This document shows, piece by piece, positions 11,909-25,211 of a stretch of DNA of 64,000 nucleotides. Positions within the stretch are counted from its first letter, which is position 1, and each line of letters begins with the position of its first letter. This stretch comes from Paraphysomonas bandaiensis. Its lineage: Eukaryota > Protista > Chrysophyceae. The translations under genes and the position numbers were made by a program. A model generated the notes under the pieces. The model worked only from the letters and a program-made list of their open reading frames with translations, searched no databases and was not told the DNA's origin. Where the stretch lies: the NCBI GenBank assembly GCA_965644295.1, contig CBFFRP010000181.1, positions 195,214 through 259,213 on the forward strand. Reading direction: 5' to 3'.

Positions 11909-12518
11909 TTCATTCATATAATGAATACAACATTCGGACATCAGATGATGACTGGTTGTTATTGTGGAAGATATTTAAAGGGAGAAAATACACTTGACGT
12001 TCGAAGAAGCGTACATATTGGTGCCTTCTGATACATATAAATAATACTCAACCTTTGATCAGCATAACATATCAATTTTATAACATATTAATCATTTTCT
12101 CGTCTATTACCGAATACATTGTGACTTACTGCAAAATAATGGTTTCAAAATAGGTATAGAATACATCAGCCTTATTCTTTGATACACGAACACATTAATA
12201 CCGTACTCGTTGTCTGAATTTGTATAATGTAGGAAAGTTCATAAGTTACTTTTGAGAGCGATAATGCACGAGAAAGTGGAACTACGTATATACACACAAA
12301 GTAGAACTTGATGTAGGCAGTTGCATCAGTACACACTTGCCTACTGCTGAGGTGGTAAAACCTTTGCTATTATAATATTACTCTTAGTAGATAGGTCAAA
12401 GTGTGCAATCAAACAACAAAAGATCGCAAACATATGACTTCACGAGAACAGCTATATGATCAAAATCAAATTCTGGTTGCGAAAAGTTAATGCAACTATA
12501 CAGATTCATCAGTATACC

Positions 12519-13652
12519 CTACAGACTTGCAAGAGTCTCAAACAAATACTTAGTCTCCATTTCACCATCATCACAAAGATCTGTGCAATGCACGGCATTG
12601 TGAACAGTGTCAACACCAAATCGTGCTCGAAGAGTGTCTGGCCTTATCGTTCTTGCGAGTTCTGGCTCTAGGGGTCCACAGAAACTTCTGAATGACTCCA
12701 CCACATTCTCTGGTCCCACTACCATCAACGCCAAAACGGGACCACTGCATATCTCGGTAAGAGTCTTGCTGTAAGAGGTAAATATACCGCGATAAACTTC
12801 AAACAATGGCTCTGCGATTGTCAAACTCATGTGAATCGCAAACATGGCTTCAACTTGAAAACCAGCTTTGTAAATAGCATCAAGACAGGCACCTGCATCG
12901 CCCGATTTGATAACATGGGGTTTGATCAAACAGAGTGTTGCGTTGCTGTGAGCAGTACAAGGCGTGCACTTGTCCATATAAGCCTGTCACGCAATCGTCA
13001 CTGGCTACAAACAACGCTTAAAAACATAAATACCGTTATCTCGTCCATAGGTACGTCGACAGCAGTTATCTCAGAACTAATTCGACTTATATCCGCAGCG
13101 AAATCTTCACCATTTTGACCAGCTATACCTACTAACTCGAGTACAACGTCTCCGCCATCTAAGTAGTCAGGGACTGAAGACCCTGCGGTGCGAACACGTG
13201 CAATCGACAACCTATGTTCTTTCGCAGCTTGTAATACGCTTCCTGCATGACCAACTTGACTAGCAGGAATTACAACCAAAAAATGAACTTCTCGAGCCAT
13301 CATGTAATCACGTGTGGCAGAATTAGCATAGTTTGTAAGTACTATGACCCTATCGAATCTGAGAAATGCATAATCACCGACGTAGTACACAAACTCATAT
13401 CTCTTACATCGTTATGGAGCTACCAATGAAAAGATCTCTCTCTGTGACAGATGGGTAGTGTATTTTCTTTAGAAAGGTTGACTTAGAAGGCCCATTCTTC
13501 AACTGCAAGCAACAATAAACAATAAAAACACATACACCGCGAAAACATACCAATTCAACAGTATTATCCTCCGTCCAAAATTTCAAATACATAGGTTTGA
13601 CATCGCACGCAATCGGGTCGTACCATTCTACCTCAAATCCAAGGACAGGCAT
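12519..13652 (-). CDS. NME7: Nucleoside diphosphate kinase 7 (DM10 + NDK), multi-exon
   Basis: DM10: FEVEWYDP..YLKFWTEDNTVEL..TFLKK..DLFIGSSIT. NDK: TLCLIKPH..FRSFCGPLEPELARTIRPDTLRARFG..NAVHCTDL.DDGEMETKYLF. Confidence 0.88.
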
Positions 13653-15458
13653 TTGACGTTAGTTCAGAACACAGCGGCAATAAAATATGGATGCAGTTGA
13701 CTTAATTCTGAGTAGAACGGAATTTGAATACAAGGTCTGAATTCAGCGGTCGTTGTTACAGAGCTTAAAGAATACAGCCTGATTCAATGCCCCGTAGAGT
13801 TCTTGTAGCACTATGAAATATATATATATATATATGCATGCATGCCACTGCTATCAATGTATGTATGTACTGCTGCTGTGTATATGGAGACATAGACATA
13901 CTTATACAGAGCACTGTAGTATAGTAGTATGTAACTGCCCTCATTTGAAACTGAACCGTTTTTTTAGCATCACCAAAATATCCCATATTGGGGATATCAC
14001 CTCTGTATCTGTATACTGTACAGCAGTACGTGTGGTACAGCAGTACGTGTAGTACAGCAGTACAAGTATATACGTACAGAGTGTATCATGACAATATACA
14101 ACTCTACCATACTGCTGTACACGTACAGAGTGTATGTATGTGTATGTATGTTGGCTGGATGTGTACAGATTATGTCCAATGAAGTATGCAGTCACATAGA
14201 CATACATGTACACAAGAATAGTATAGCTGTAGCAGTGGGGTATGTAGCAGTGGGGTATGTACTGTGGACAGTGGGATATATCATATCAATCCTCAGTTGA
14301 CTACTAATGACTTACCAGTCAATCACAATGATCTATAAGGAATGTTACTCTATTGGACAATTGCATCCATAACTAAACTAGTTGATAACAACACACAAAC
14401 AATAGTCTCAAAACTAGAAAACAATTCAATAAAATTATTATAAGATTACTCATCTAACGATACTATTCATAACAATATACGATAAATAGTTAAATGAAAG
14501 TGTGTGAAACCTTAAGATGCTTCTATTTAAGGAATAGTAAGTTTAATAAACTGAAACTTTTCATATCTCTATTTTGTACTTTGGGGTTGTTTTTACCATT
14601 CAAAAGAGACTGTTTATTGTGAACATTGAAAAATAGAGGAAGAGAGTTGAATAACCATCGTAATGTAATCGCTAGTATGAAAGTGTCTGTTCACTAATTA
14701 CAGAAGAATTTAAAGCTTAGAAGATCGACTTATAGATCAACTGAATAAACAGTAAACAATAGTGAATTGATAAAACCCGCTTTCAGAAGAATAAATGAGT
14801 GTGCTTATTATATGTTATATACTGCAATGTCTATGTGCCTATGATATTGGTTCGTTACCATAATCATATTGTTGCACTCTGAGGGCATCTGTCGAATGAT
14901 ATTTCATATCCAATAACATCAATCGCCCATATCAATTTTTGCATCGCAAGTATCAATGCCTTGCATGCATAAAATTTTGACAGTACAATTTGCATCTGTT
15001 GAAAATGTCCCTTAAGCCACCAAAGAATTGACGACATAGGTTCATTATATGGTTAGGGGACAATATATGAAATTGCAATATATTATATGTTGATTGGTAG
15101 ATCAAAAATTCTTTAAATATTGTTACTGTTAAGATAGTTCAAAATGTACTTCAATATATTCATGTGCATCTAAATAATCTGTTTGAATATGATTTAAAAG
15201 CAACTAATATACAATGTGACTTTCCCGGGTTTATGACTCAAGTTTGGAACAAACTTCTACCTGTTATTGGCAGACATAGGACATAGACATAGACATAGCT
15301 ATCGTCAACCTTTCTAAATACCCGTACTAATTATTAAGTACGAAAAGTGCAAATTCGAAGATACGAAGCTACTGATCAGCGAATAAAAATCATATTTGTG
15401 CAACATATTGTAAGACATTATTTTAGTATACTATTTATTATTACATCAATATATATTT

Positions 15459-15973
15459 TGAAAGTCTTATTATTAGCAATAGGCGTTAGAAACCTGCACC
15501 AACTTTGTAGCTAGATGAATGCTAGACAAACGAGTTAGACCTCTACCTGTAATAACTAATCAGTACACACTTTTTATCCTACTATTGAACGCTACGGAAG
15601 CTGCTTGTGCGTCGCCGCAAGCACCAAGGTGCGACCACTTCCGCTCTGAGTTCTTAACGTGAACATCCCGGATGCTTGACTTCAGCACGCAGCCCAATAC
15701 CCCGGTTACTCTTCAGGTGGGCCCTGTCCCGGATGCCCTTGAGGTGGGCCCATTCCCGGATGCCTGTTTATTCGTCAGGGCCCAAACACGTCTACACAAG
15801 TGACACTTATTGGTGGCCCTTGTACCACACAAGCAGTCGGCTATGAATGGGCAGAAGAATATCTGCTGACTATGTTTGCGGCTCACGTTAGTTTCCCAGA
15901 GAGAGTCTCTCCGCTCTCCGGTACTTATCCCCCAGAACACCACGAAAACGTGCGACTTTGTTGAGGGATTTCA
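15459..15973 (-). mobile_element. Probable solo LTR related to the Gypsy LTR at 61122
   Basis: First ~190 bp align with 61122-61310, with homology starting exactly at TG in both; candidate TGAAA...TTTCA ends; internal repeats aggtgggccc..tcccggatgcc. No clean TSD, so the right end is uncertain. Confidence 0.6.
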
Positions 15974-16303
15974 TTTACCATACTCTTTATATTCTTATCT
16001 TCAATTCATTAGTTGGCCCTGTGTCGCTCTCAACGAATAAATTAGTTTCTGATTTATGCATAGCACATAGCACCATCGATGTTTTCTTGAACACATTAAC
16101 CTACTTGCTATTGTCACAGTACACATTTAGCATTTAGCTCACATATCCAAGTTCAACGGATAACGAATGAAGGATTCTTGATTTAAAAATATAACACATT
16201 AAATATTTTCACTTCTAATATAGCGCTTATTCTATACTACACAATTAAATTCTCAAACCACAACTGCTACTACTCGACAACACTTTGAAATCTTATGAAG
16301 CAG

Positions 16304-19124
16304 CTACCACGCAGATAAGTCGGCGGTAGGCTTCTTACGCTTCCCACTATTTAATTGAGAGCCAAGGTCGCCACTCACTTGACTTCTCGGCATCTGTTTC
16401 TCCTGATTTCGACCAGCTGTGAAAAAAGGTGAGGCAGTGTCTGATACTCGATTGTCGTTTCTGCGCCATGAGTCTGTGCTATCCATACCGACGCTATCAT
16501 GGTCACCTACTGACAGATCAACCTGTACAAAGATGATGGCAATGAAATACACGAAGCTTTAAATTTAAAGTTGTACCATTTCTTTCTTCTTCAATCTTGT
16601 TGTCGCGGGCCTCCGCCCCCTAGACGATGGCGTGGGTGATGGCCTCACATCATCCATATCTTCTTCGGACTCTTCATTCAAATCAACTGCCACAGGTCTT
16701 GTTTTCCGCTGCAATCTTCCTTTGGTGACAGCTTTCGTGGTCGGAACAGCCTTTCCACGACGAGCTCCACGGCCCCGTGCTGCAGGCTTCCGGCCGATCT
16801 CATCATTGTCATCGTCATCTGCAGAGTCCGATGAGTTTATTTCCTCAATTGCGTCGCTCTCCTCATCACCATCTTCCTCGTCGTAGTCATCTCTATAACT
16901 AATATTTCGACTACTTGCTGCTCGTCGAGATGGGCGGGAGGACTTTGCTGGAGCTGAAGTACTCTTAGATGACTTGCCTTTGCTGGCTGTTTTCGTATCT
17001 GTCCCTGCCCGTCTCTGCTTGGCAGTACCTCTCCCCTTAACTTCCTTCGCCGGGATAGGGCTTTCATCTTCGCTGCTCATGTCCATCGGTCCCTCGGTGG
17101 TAATACCAGCTCCAGCTCCTGCTCCAGGTGTACCAAGGCGCGGCCGCGAAGAAACAGCGGCGTTAGTACTACTACTTCTTGTGGCTTCCCTCTCTCGCTG
17201 AAATTTTTCACGATACTTGGCTGCATTGGCCAAGATTGAATCCTTATCGGTGCACATTCTGAGATTATCTCGGTCTGAACTGAGGTATTGCTGTGTCGAT
17301 AGCAGCTCCTTTTCAACAACATCTGTTATGGCGGTCGGAATTTTCTTCACTACGAAGTCCTCCAGAGCATTGGACAGTAAATCTGTACACAATAAGTCAG
17401 TACAAGTCACGTAAGTAATTCTAACAACGTCTTACTACAGTTTGCGTCCAATTACCTGGTGCAAGTAAACCTAGTTGTTTGTTTTGCATCCCCAGAACCT
17501 CACAAACCAAGTCTTCCACGCGAATTCTACTCAGCGCCTCGGCGTCTCCTGCGCCCCTATGTGCGTCGAATTCAGATCGTAAGGTATTACCAGCGCCTAC
17601 ATTATTCTTCTCATTCTCCTTCCGGCGGCGAGAGAAAATCAGTACCTCCGAAGGATTGGCAACTTCTCCTACAAACCGACTTCCAAATTTCTGCGGATTG
17701 ATGGTCGGAAATCCCGCATAATCCACTCGAAGTCGAACTAATACTTTACGTGGGTCGCGGATTTGGTAATCAAAGGAGGAGTTATCAAGATCTTCTATTT
17801 CTGGAGATATGAGTTCGCGAGCAGATCGGATAAGGCCCTTCACACGTCCGGTAAGAACTGCAATCATGGCCTCCTCGATATTAGGGTCTCGTGGGTCCAA
17901 CCCCTCCATTGAAGACAAACACACGTCTTCAAATGCAAACCCCCGAATTCGAGTGTAAGGAACCGGGAGTAAACGAAACTTTACCTCGGACACCTCTAGG
18001 ATACCGAAGTGCTTAGGATTCCGGGAACTCTCACCTTCCGAAAGAGAAGTGGCTACAGATGACCCAGGCTGATAGATGCGGAATGTTCCTGATACGGTCA
18101 TTTAATACAGTATACAAGTGGTACAGATACGTTTAAACATTGACAGTACACTGATTCAAGCATTAGGGCGCACCGTAGAAACATACCAACAAGAGATTCA
18201 ACGAGCGTTGGAATGCATTCATGCTCGTTGCCCCATATCACAACATCCATCCACTCAGGTATCATGCTCTCATGGATGCAGTTCTTGCGACCGCGACCGT
18301 AGTCACGGTTCTGATGCAGAACAAATATATTGAGGTACTTTCCCTGCTGTTGATCCGGTGCCGGTCGGAGAAATTTAACCTTTTTTTGAGTCCACATCCG
18401 ATTGAGCCGCTCATCTCGCACAGCGCCAAGAGCATAGAGAGCAACCATAGATTGACCTATATATCACGGATATCATGAAAAAATCACAAATACCATTATA
18501 TACCTTTCTTTATTAACACCGGTGTTATTTCAATATCATCGACTTGGTCATGCTTTCCTATATAGTTAACCAGATTAGCTGCGGAGAGTAAGTCCAATGC
18601 TGACAATGCAACACCGAAACCCTCCCGCGACGGGTCATCATGGTTGCCATGGATGGCAAATACAGGAAGTGAAATTGCCTGATTCGGATCTTCATAATTC
18701 ACCTTCTTAATACGATTGTGTTTGAATATCTCACTTTGATCATTAAGCACTTCCATATAGACACTTTCATCACCTACAAAAACTATAAGAGAAAACACAC
18801 ATATATATGCTGTGCATACTGACATACATACATGCACACATATCACTATGCATATACACATATCTACAGGCAATATATATATATAACCTCACCGGTACAA
18901 TACTTTCGAAGGAGATCAATAGTCGCATGTATTGTTTTTCTAGATGGTTTATTTTCATGAAAAAGATCTCCTGCTAATAATACAAAATCAGCATGTCTGC
19001 TCTTGGCTGTATGAAGAACTTCTTCAAAGGCAGCAAAGCTATCCTCTCCTCTTGTAGGATCTTTGGACATGAATCCTAAATGATTATCAGTTGAAATTAC
19101 AATACGAATAATGTCGTCATCCAT
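16304..19124 (-). CDS. MRE11: Double-strand break repair nuclease MRE11, multi-exon
   Basis: STDNHLG, GEDSFAAFEE, LAGDLFHENKPSR, VNYEDPN, AIHGNHDDP, LHQNR, WGNEHEC, QPGSSVATSLSEGE, NPQKFGSRFVGEVANP. Confidence 0.96.
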
Positions 19125-19416
19125 TGTATGATATGGAGGGGTTGGTGATGATATATATATATATGTATATCCTTCTAACAATACACTGTCTTCCTACTAA
19201 TAGAACTAAGAGTTGTGGTAGTGGTAGTAGTAGTAGTACTTATACTGCATACTTATAGGAAGAAGTCAAAGAAAGTAGAAGTCTGATGATGAAATTCGCA
19301 TACTCTCCTTTTGTTTATGAAGTTGTGATTTGAGTTTTGGATGTGATCATTTGATATGGTGATGGTGAGTATGTTATGTACTGTATATGTGCATATACAC
19401 ATGTATACACAGCAGC

Positions 19417-19576
19417 ATGTATGTATGTATGTATGTATGTATGTATGTATGTATGTATGTATGTATGTATGTATGTATGTATGTATGTATGTATGTATGT
19501 ATGTATGTATGTATGTATGTATGTATGTATGTATGTATGTATGTATGTATGTATGTATGTATGTATGTATGTATGT
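19417..19576. repeat. (ATGT)n microsatellite, about 40 units
   Basis: Pure tetranucleotide tract between MRE11 and the divergent gene. Confidence 0.97.
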
Positions 19577-19695
19577 GTGTGTACAGTGGGTAGGTAGGTA
19601 TGTTCATAGGTGGGTATCGCCATATCTATCTATCACCACAGTAAACACATAATTATAATGTCATAATAATCTTCTTCCACCATCTCTTTCCAGGT

Positions 19696-21994
19696 ATGTC
19701 AGACTCCCACTCCCACTTCTACATTCCAACTCCTTCAACCACGAGAGGCCTTTGTTTCAAGTATTTTAAGCTATGGAAACGAGGGTGTTTCGGAAGGAGG
19801 TTACGGATAGCAATACAGCGACAGTGTGTGGGATATAGTTTTGATGCCTGGATGATCACTAGGAGAGTACGATTGTTTTATTCGGTATGATATATTGAGT
19901 GCATAGTTTATGGGTTATGTGTTGATGTGTATGTTCACAGGAGACCCTCAGAATGCGTATGGTGGACTGCTTCTATAAGTGGATGCATGTAATGAACTTC
20001 AAATACATACTGATATCTTCTTTGCTTATATGGATGTTTATTACAGACTCGACGAACTCGCAGAATTGTTCGATCTAAGCACCGTGCTGTCACCTTTCAT
20101 CGCGGTATAATATACCGCCGATTTCTCCGACACTTAAAACAAATAGTTCAGAATGGTCGTTCTACAACCAAGGTTTTTGGTCCCTACTTTTCATACTTTT
20201 CTTACCATTTGTAGCGACATCGTGTTTATTTGCAGATTAGTGACATATATTGCCGACACTTACTAGCGAGAACTTTCAAAGCACTGAAAACTGAAATTCG
20301 CAAGCTTGTGAAATCAAAGTGTGTCATAACATTGCAATTGTAACGAAGGATGTGCTTATTGTGTATTACTGTGTGTAGTGTACTCGAAGCAGAGCATCAG
20401 ATGCGAAGAATGAAAATTCAAAATTTGGTTTCGACGTTAGAACAACGTCAATCAACGGAAGCTAGGGGACGGAGTGGGAAGAAGATGGCTGACGGGAGAC
20501 ATAAAAGTAGTGAAGTAAAACAAGTAGATGGAAGAACTCTGAGACCTGGAATCGAAGATTCTTCAAGTCTCTCCCCTCGTAAGGGAGCGCCTCCCATCCC
20601 CATTGTTCAAGATTCTCTGCCTTCCCCTCCGGCGTATAGCTCTCCTCAGCGTCCTGTCTCCTTCCAGAGAGACAGGGAATCTAGCAGTAGTCGAGAAAGT
20701 AGTAGGAGTTCATCAGTCGGGCGGTCTCCTGCTGACATGAGGGCGGCATCACGGGATAAACCTGGACGCACTATCCGCACATCCCCTATGCGTGCGGGGG
20801 CAAGGACGGGTCAGGCATTGCCGCAAGAGAAAAGGCAAACGAAGAGTACACAGCGTAATGTGGAAAGTGCTGAAGCGAGACGGGAACGTATCAAAGCACT
20901 GCGGGAAGCAGCAGCGGCACGTGTGCAGACGAAAAGAGAGCGAGAAAGAGAGAAAGAGAGGTATGACCACTGTGTGGTATCGTCACCTCGATGATTATGT
21001 CATCTACGTGATTAGACTGAAGGAGTTGGCAGCTGAGGAAGCGCTGAAGCGTGAGAGAGACGCATATAGGTTGGTCGCTGCATTCGTGTTTTTGGCCACA
21101 GTATTGTTATGATACGTTGCCAGGGCCCAGCAAAAAGAGCAGAAGGCCATGCATGCAGCTACTCTGGCTAAGAACAAGGAAAATATCGATGCTGCTCGTC
21201 GACAGCTTAAGCGTGCGGTTGCGCACTATCGCAAACAGCTGATGGTACGCTGTGGTATGTCGCCGTGGATTCGCCTTGTTCAGGAAAGACGGTACGTGTA
21301 TTATGCATATGGTTTGTGAAATTACTACGGAAGTTGGAAGAATGGATATGGATATGGATATTGTTTTTCTGTCAACTGAGAGTATGGATATGTACATTAC
21401 ATGCTTGCGACAGGATGGACTGGGAGAAAGCGTGTACCTTCTACAGTGATTCTCTCTTGATGTTAGCGTGGAACAATCTCGTTGCATATGTTCGAGCCGT
21501 TCGTACAGAAAGATACCGCCGTGAGCACCGTTTAGGTAACACCGCCATAGTGCACTACAGGTACGTGCATGACTTTTTTGTATATTTACCTATTTTACTG
21601 CATTTTTACCAAATGGCTATTAGGCGAAATTTAATGTCACGACTGTGGAGGCGATGGGCAATGCATAGAAAGATGCTGCGGGCCAAAGCGGTGGCTGTGC
21701 ACGGTCAAGTTGTTTGGTGCGTGTTCTAGGCTGTACTATCGTTGCCGTGACTAACTTTTTCTGTACAGCTATGCCACTCGTAAAAGAGCCTTCGCCGCAT
21801 GGTTAATTAGTCTTGAGAAAGCACGGCGTAGCAACGCCATTAGTGTATATCGCATGAAAAAGTCAGCAAGGTTGAATAAATTGAGATATTGTTTGAGGCG
21901 CTGGAAGACGTATTTAGAGGAGCAAGAGATAGAGCGAGTAATTGATGATAGAGTAGACTATACCTGGGCTCGTGTGCAGGGGTGGCTCAAATAG
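19696..21994 (+). CDS. Sfi1-repeat-like / coiled-coil protein, multi-exon
   Basis: Recurrent helical F..W motifs (KYFKLWK, SFDAWM, CFYKWM, LAWNNL, RLWRRW, AFAAWL, LRRWK) around a Ser/Pro-rich linker and E/R/K coiled coil; GT-AG introns. Confidence 0.55.
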
Positions 21995-23004
21995 AACTGT
22001 GAGTGTGTATTTGTTAATAATAGCGTAGGTATTCCGTTAAATTTGTAAGGCATTACTAACTTTTAGCATTCTGTTAAATTATGTATTCTACACAATAATA
22101 TGCGTTTGCCAAATGTTAGAGATTTGAGTTATAGACTGCTTTCACAGGCATATGTACTACTATGTCTCACACTACGGCAACATTTCACCAGAAATGCTGT
22201 AAATTACTTGCATGTACGTAGTATGTAGTATAATATAGATATAATGATTTTCGACAAACAGCGACCCCGACTAAGTAGAGTTACGATGAAAGGTTTAACA
22301 AGGGGAAACTTCTAATGTGCACAGTGATGGCGAAAATTATTAGTTCCATACGACAAAACACATTCACTTAACTAGACTATGTCAGTATCCAGTATAAGAG
22401 GGGTTGGATAGAATTCTCTTGTAATGCTTGTGATCTATGAGGACTCATATATATTAGCAGTTATATACACGAGATGTTATACACAGTATATAAGAGGGCT
22501 TCTTCATACACAACAACACTGTCCATATATATGCATATCATCCACAGCTCGATTCAAGAACAATAAGTGTCGTGTATACACTCTCATCCCTTATAACTAT
22601 CCGTATTTCCGGTTTGCCATATCTACATGATACAGGTACACTATGAGAGAGGATGTTGTGTAGCATCGTATCGAATCCATATAGCTGCACAGAGTATATG
22701 CATGATCCTGTATGTATCAATGTCCCTTACAACAGGAGCTATAGTCATCCGTATACGGATAAACAACCGTACACGGATAAAAAAACCAATGCCTATAGAG
22801 AGGACAAAAAAACATGGTTCATATATTCATATATTTGAATTCAGTCATCCATATACAGTATATATACAGACCGTATAGTGCTCTATGCATATATATAGTA
22901 CACTCCTGTAAAGTTGCTATAGGAACGAGACATATATATATGTACCCCAATCAGGTCATTATATTAAATAATAACTTGAATATATTCACAGTTTATATCA
23001 AATA

Positions 23005-23846
23005 ATGAGCGCAAGAGGTCGTGCACGAATATATCATGGTCGGGATTCATTTTCTGGTGGTGATCAGTTCTCTAGTATTGTAAATGACTGCTCAGAGTGT
23101 TCGATGCTACTAGAGAATGTTGCACGAATAACTAAAAACAATTTATCAGAGATATTTGAGACAGATAGAGTTTCTTTATGGAAACAAAAGATTATTGAAG
23201 CATCTGTAACGAATGCAACTGTTCAACGACAGGCTGAATTGTCTAAAGAAATTGTTGATGATTTGGGAAAGCGAGATGCCAGTGAACTCAGTGGCACTCC
23301 CACTGAAGCGGTGAAAAAAGTAAAGACAATGGTTGCAAGTAAGCTGGATACCTTTAAGCCTCATTTAGAGGAGTCTGTTCAACGCGTGAAGTCTTCCTGT
23401 CAGGTCTGGTGTTTGGATTTAGCTGACCTTTTAACACGTGCGCGTAGGCAGAGGAGAAAGATGATGATATTGTTCAGGTTAATGAAGCTGGTGATCAAGC
23501 TTCTGATTTTATATGCCCTTACACTCGCAAAAAATTCGATACTCCAATGAAAAAGTGCGTACTCTTTATTCCATTTTTGATATGTACATCTCTGATACGC
23601 TTTGCTGTGTTCAGTCCTAATTGCAGCCACTACATGTCCATGGAGGGCCTAGATGCTATGCTCAGAAGGAAGCAATCCGCACCATGCCCTGTTCCTGGGT
23701 GTAGAGCTACTTGGCAGAAAGGAAAGAGCTATGAAGACATGGGCATGAAGCGGCGGATGGAGCGCTTTGATCGCCTCCAAGCCGCAAATACTGCTAGTGG
23801 ACAGTCGCAAACTAACGCGGACATTACGTCGCTCGATGATAATTAG
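23005..23846 (+). CDS. NSMCE2: NSE2/MMS21-like SP-RING SUMO ligase (SMC5/6 complex), 3 exons
   Basis: Spliced product contains EEKDDDIVQV...DFICPYTRKKFDTPMK-PNCSHYMSMEGL..ML..APCPVPGC after a helical N-terminus. Confidence 0.75.
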
Positions 23847-25211
23847 TGTAGGTAGTTTGATGAAAACTCGATGGATAGAGTTAATTGTATGTATGCTTAG
23901 TATCCCCATTTAGCGAGCCAATGGCTTTTATTATTCCGGGTGTAATATGTCGTAGTTATAATGTTTGATATGCAGTGAAATTTCGTCAATTATGATAGCC
24001 TTAAATAATGCAATTAATAACAATGATATCATTCAGCTTATACAGTAGTATTTATTGGTTGTCTTTTATGGATACATCGATATATTATATATTTGTTGCG
24101 AACGTGTCAGAACTAAACTAAATTCGTTGTGCATAATCATGTATATTACTCGCAGTGATATACCTAGCTAACCAGTAGGCACTGTGATCGACAAGGGGAG
24201 GAGTAAACACAGAATTAGAATGTTTATGAGTGGTTGGACTATTAATTAGTTATTAGTTCTCATTTTAGTAGGTACGGTTAGATCTTGTTAAGAAAATCAA
24301 AGTCCTCTTGTGAATTAGATAAAAAAAATTACACAGATGAAATCTACAAACTTGTGAATTCATGGCTTTCTTTTGTAAACTCTTTTATCAGGTAACATCA
24401 TAATTCTAATAGCCTTTCATCTAAAATATAAAGTAAGTTTTTATTAATTGATCACCGTAATCAATACATCTATCATAATAAACAAGGAGTAATTATCCAC
24501 ACCCATATCTCTATCACAAAACTAGCTGTTATAGAGTTGTATAATATATTATACTACCTACAGTATAGTATTTAACAGTAACAATGATATTCCTCCATAG
24601 AATATGATGACAACACGCTTTATTTGTTACAAGTATGAGATAACAACAGACAACATTGACTCAATAAAAACACACAACATGAATCACTTGTTTGTTTGAG
24701 TTATCATCACTGTTTCTGCAGGTCGTCTGCTGTTACGTTAAGAAATAGTGCAGTGAATGGGTTCAAATTTCAAAATTCATATCTTCCAACCCCTAAAAAC
24801 CAGCATTTTTGTGCATAATGTTGCTAGAATTCGTATATTTATATACTCACCCAATATCCGCTATACCTGTATATCACTGTATAACTGTCTCACTATATGC
24901 CTGAATTTTGTATGTCCAAGGATGTGTACTACGATACCAGCAGTACAGTAGTATTATATAGCAATATAGTGTGAACGCAGTGCAGTACACCAGTACAGCA
25001 ATACAGTACACCAGTACAGCAGTACAGCAGTACAATAGTCTAACACATTCATAATGCAGATCTATACACACACAGCACAGCACAGATGTATATATAGACA
25101 GACAGACTGACATTAAGGAAGTTTCCAGTCGTATATACCTTCTATTAAGATAACAACATGTATATAATCTAATTCAAACACTCTCATATCATTCATAACA
25201 ATCACTATACA

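Noticed and set aside
11945-12031. C/D-box snoRNA candidate (ATGATGA...CTGA)
   Set aside because: No terminal stem and only about 7 nt of possible rRNA complementarity; expected by chance.
19285-19298. Hammerhead-like CTGATGA..GAAA
   Set aside because: No stem II and no flanking helices.
19315-19652. MYVC/HTYI repeat ORFs (also 46758-47840)
   Set aside because: Translations of the stop-free (ATGT)n microsatellite.
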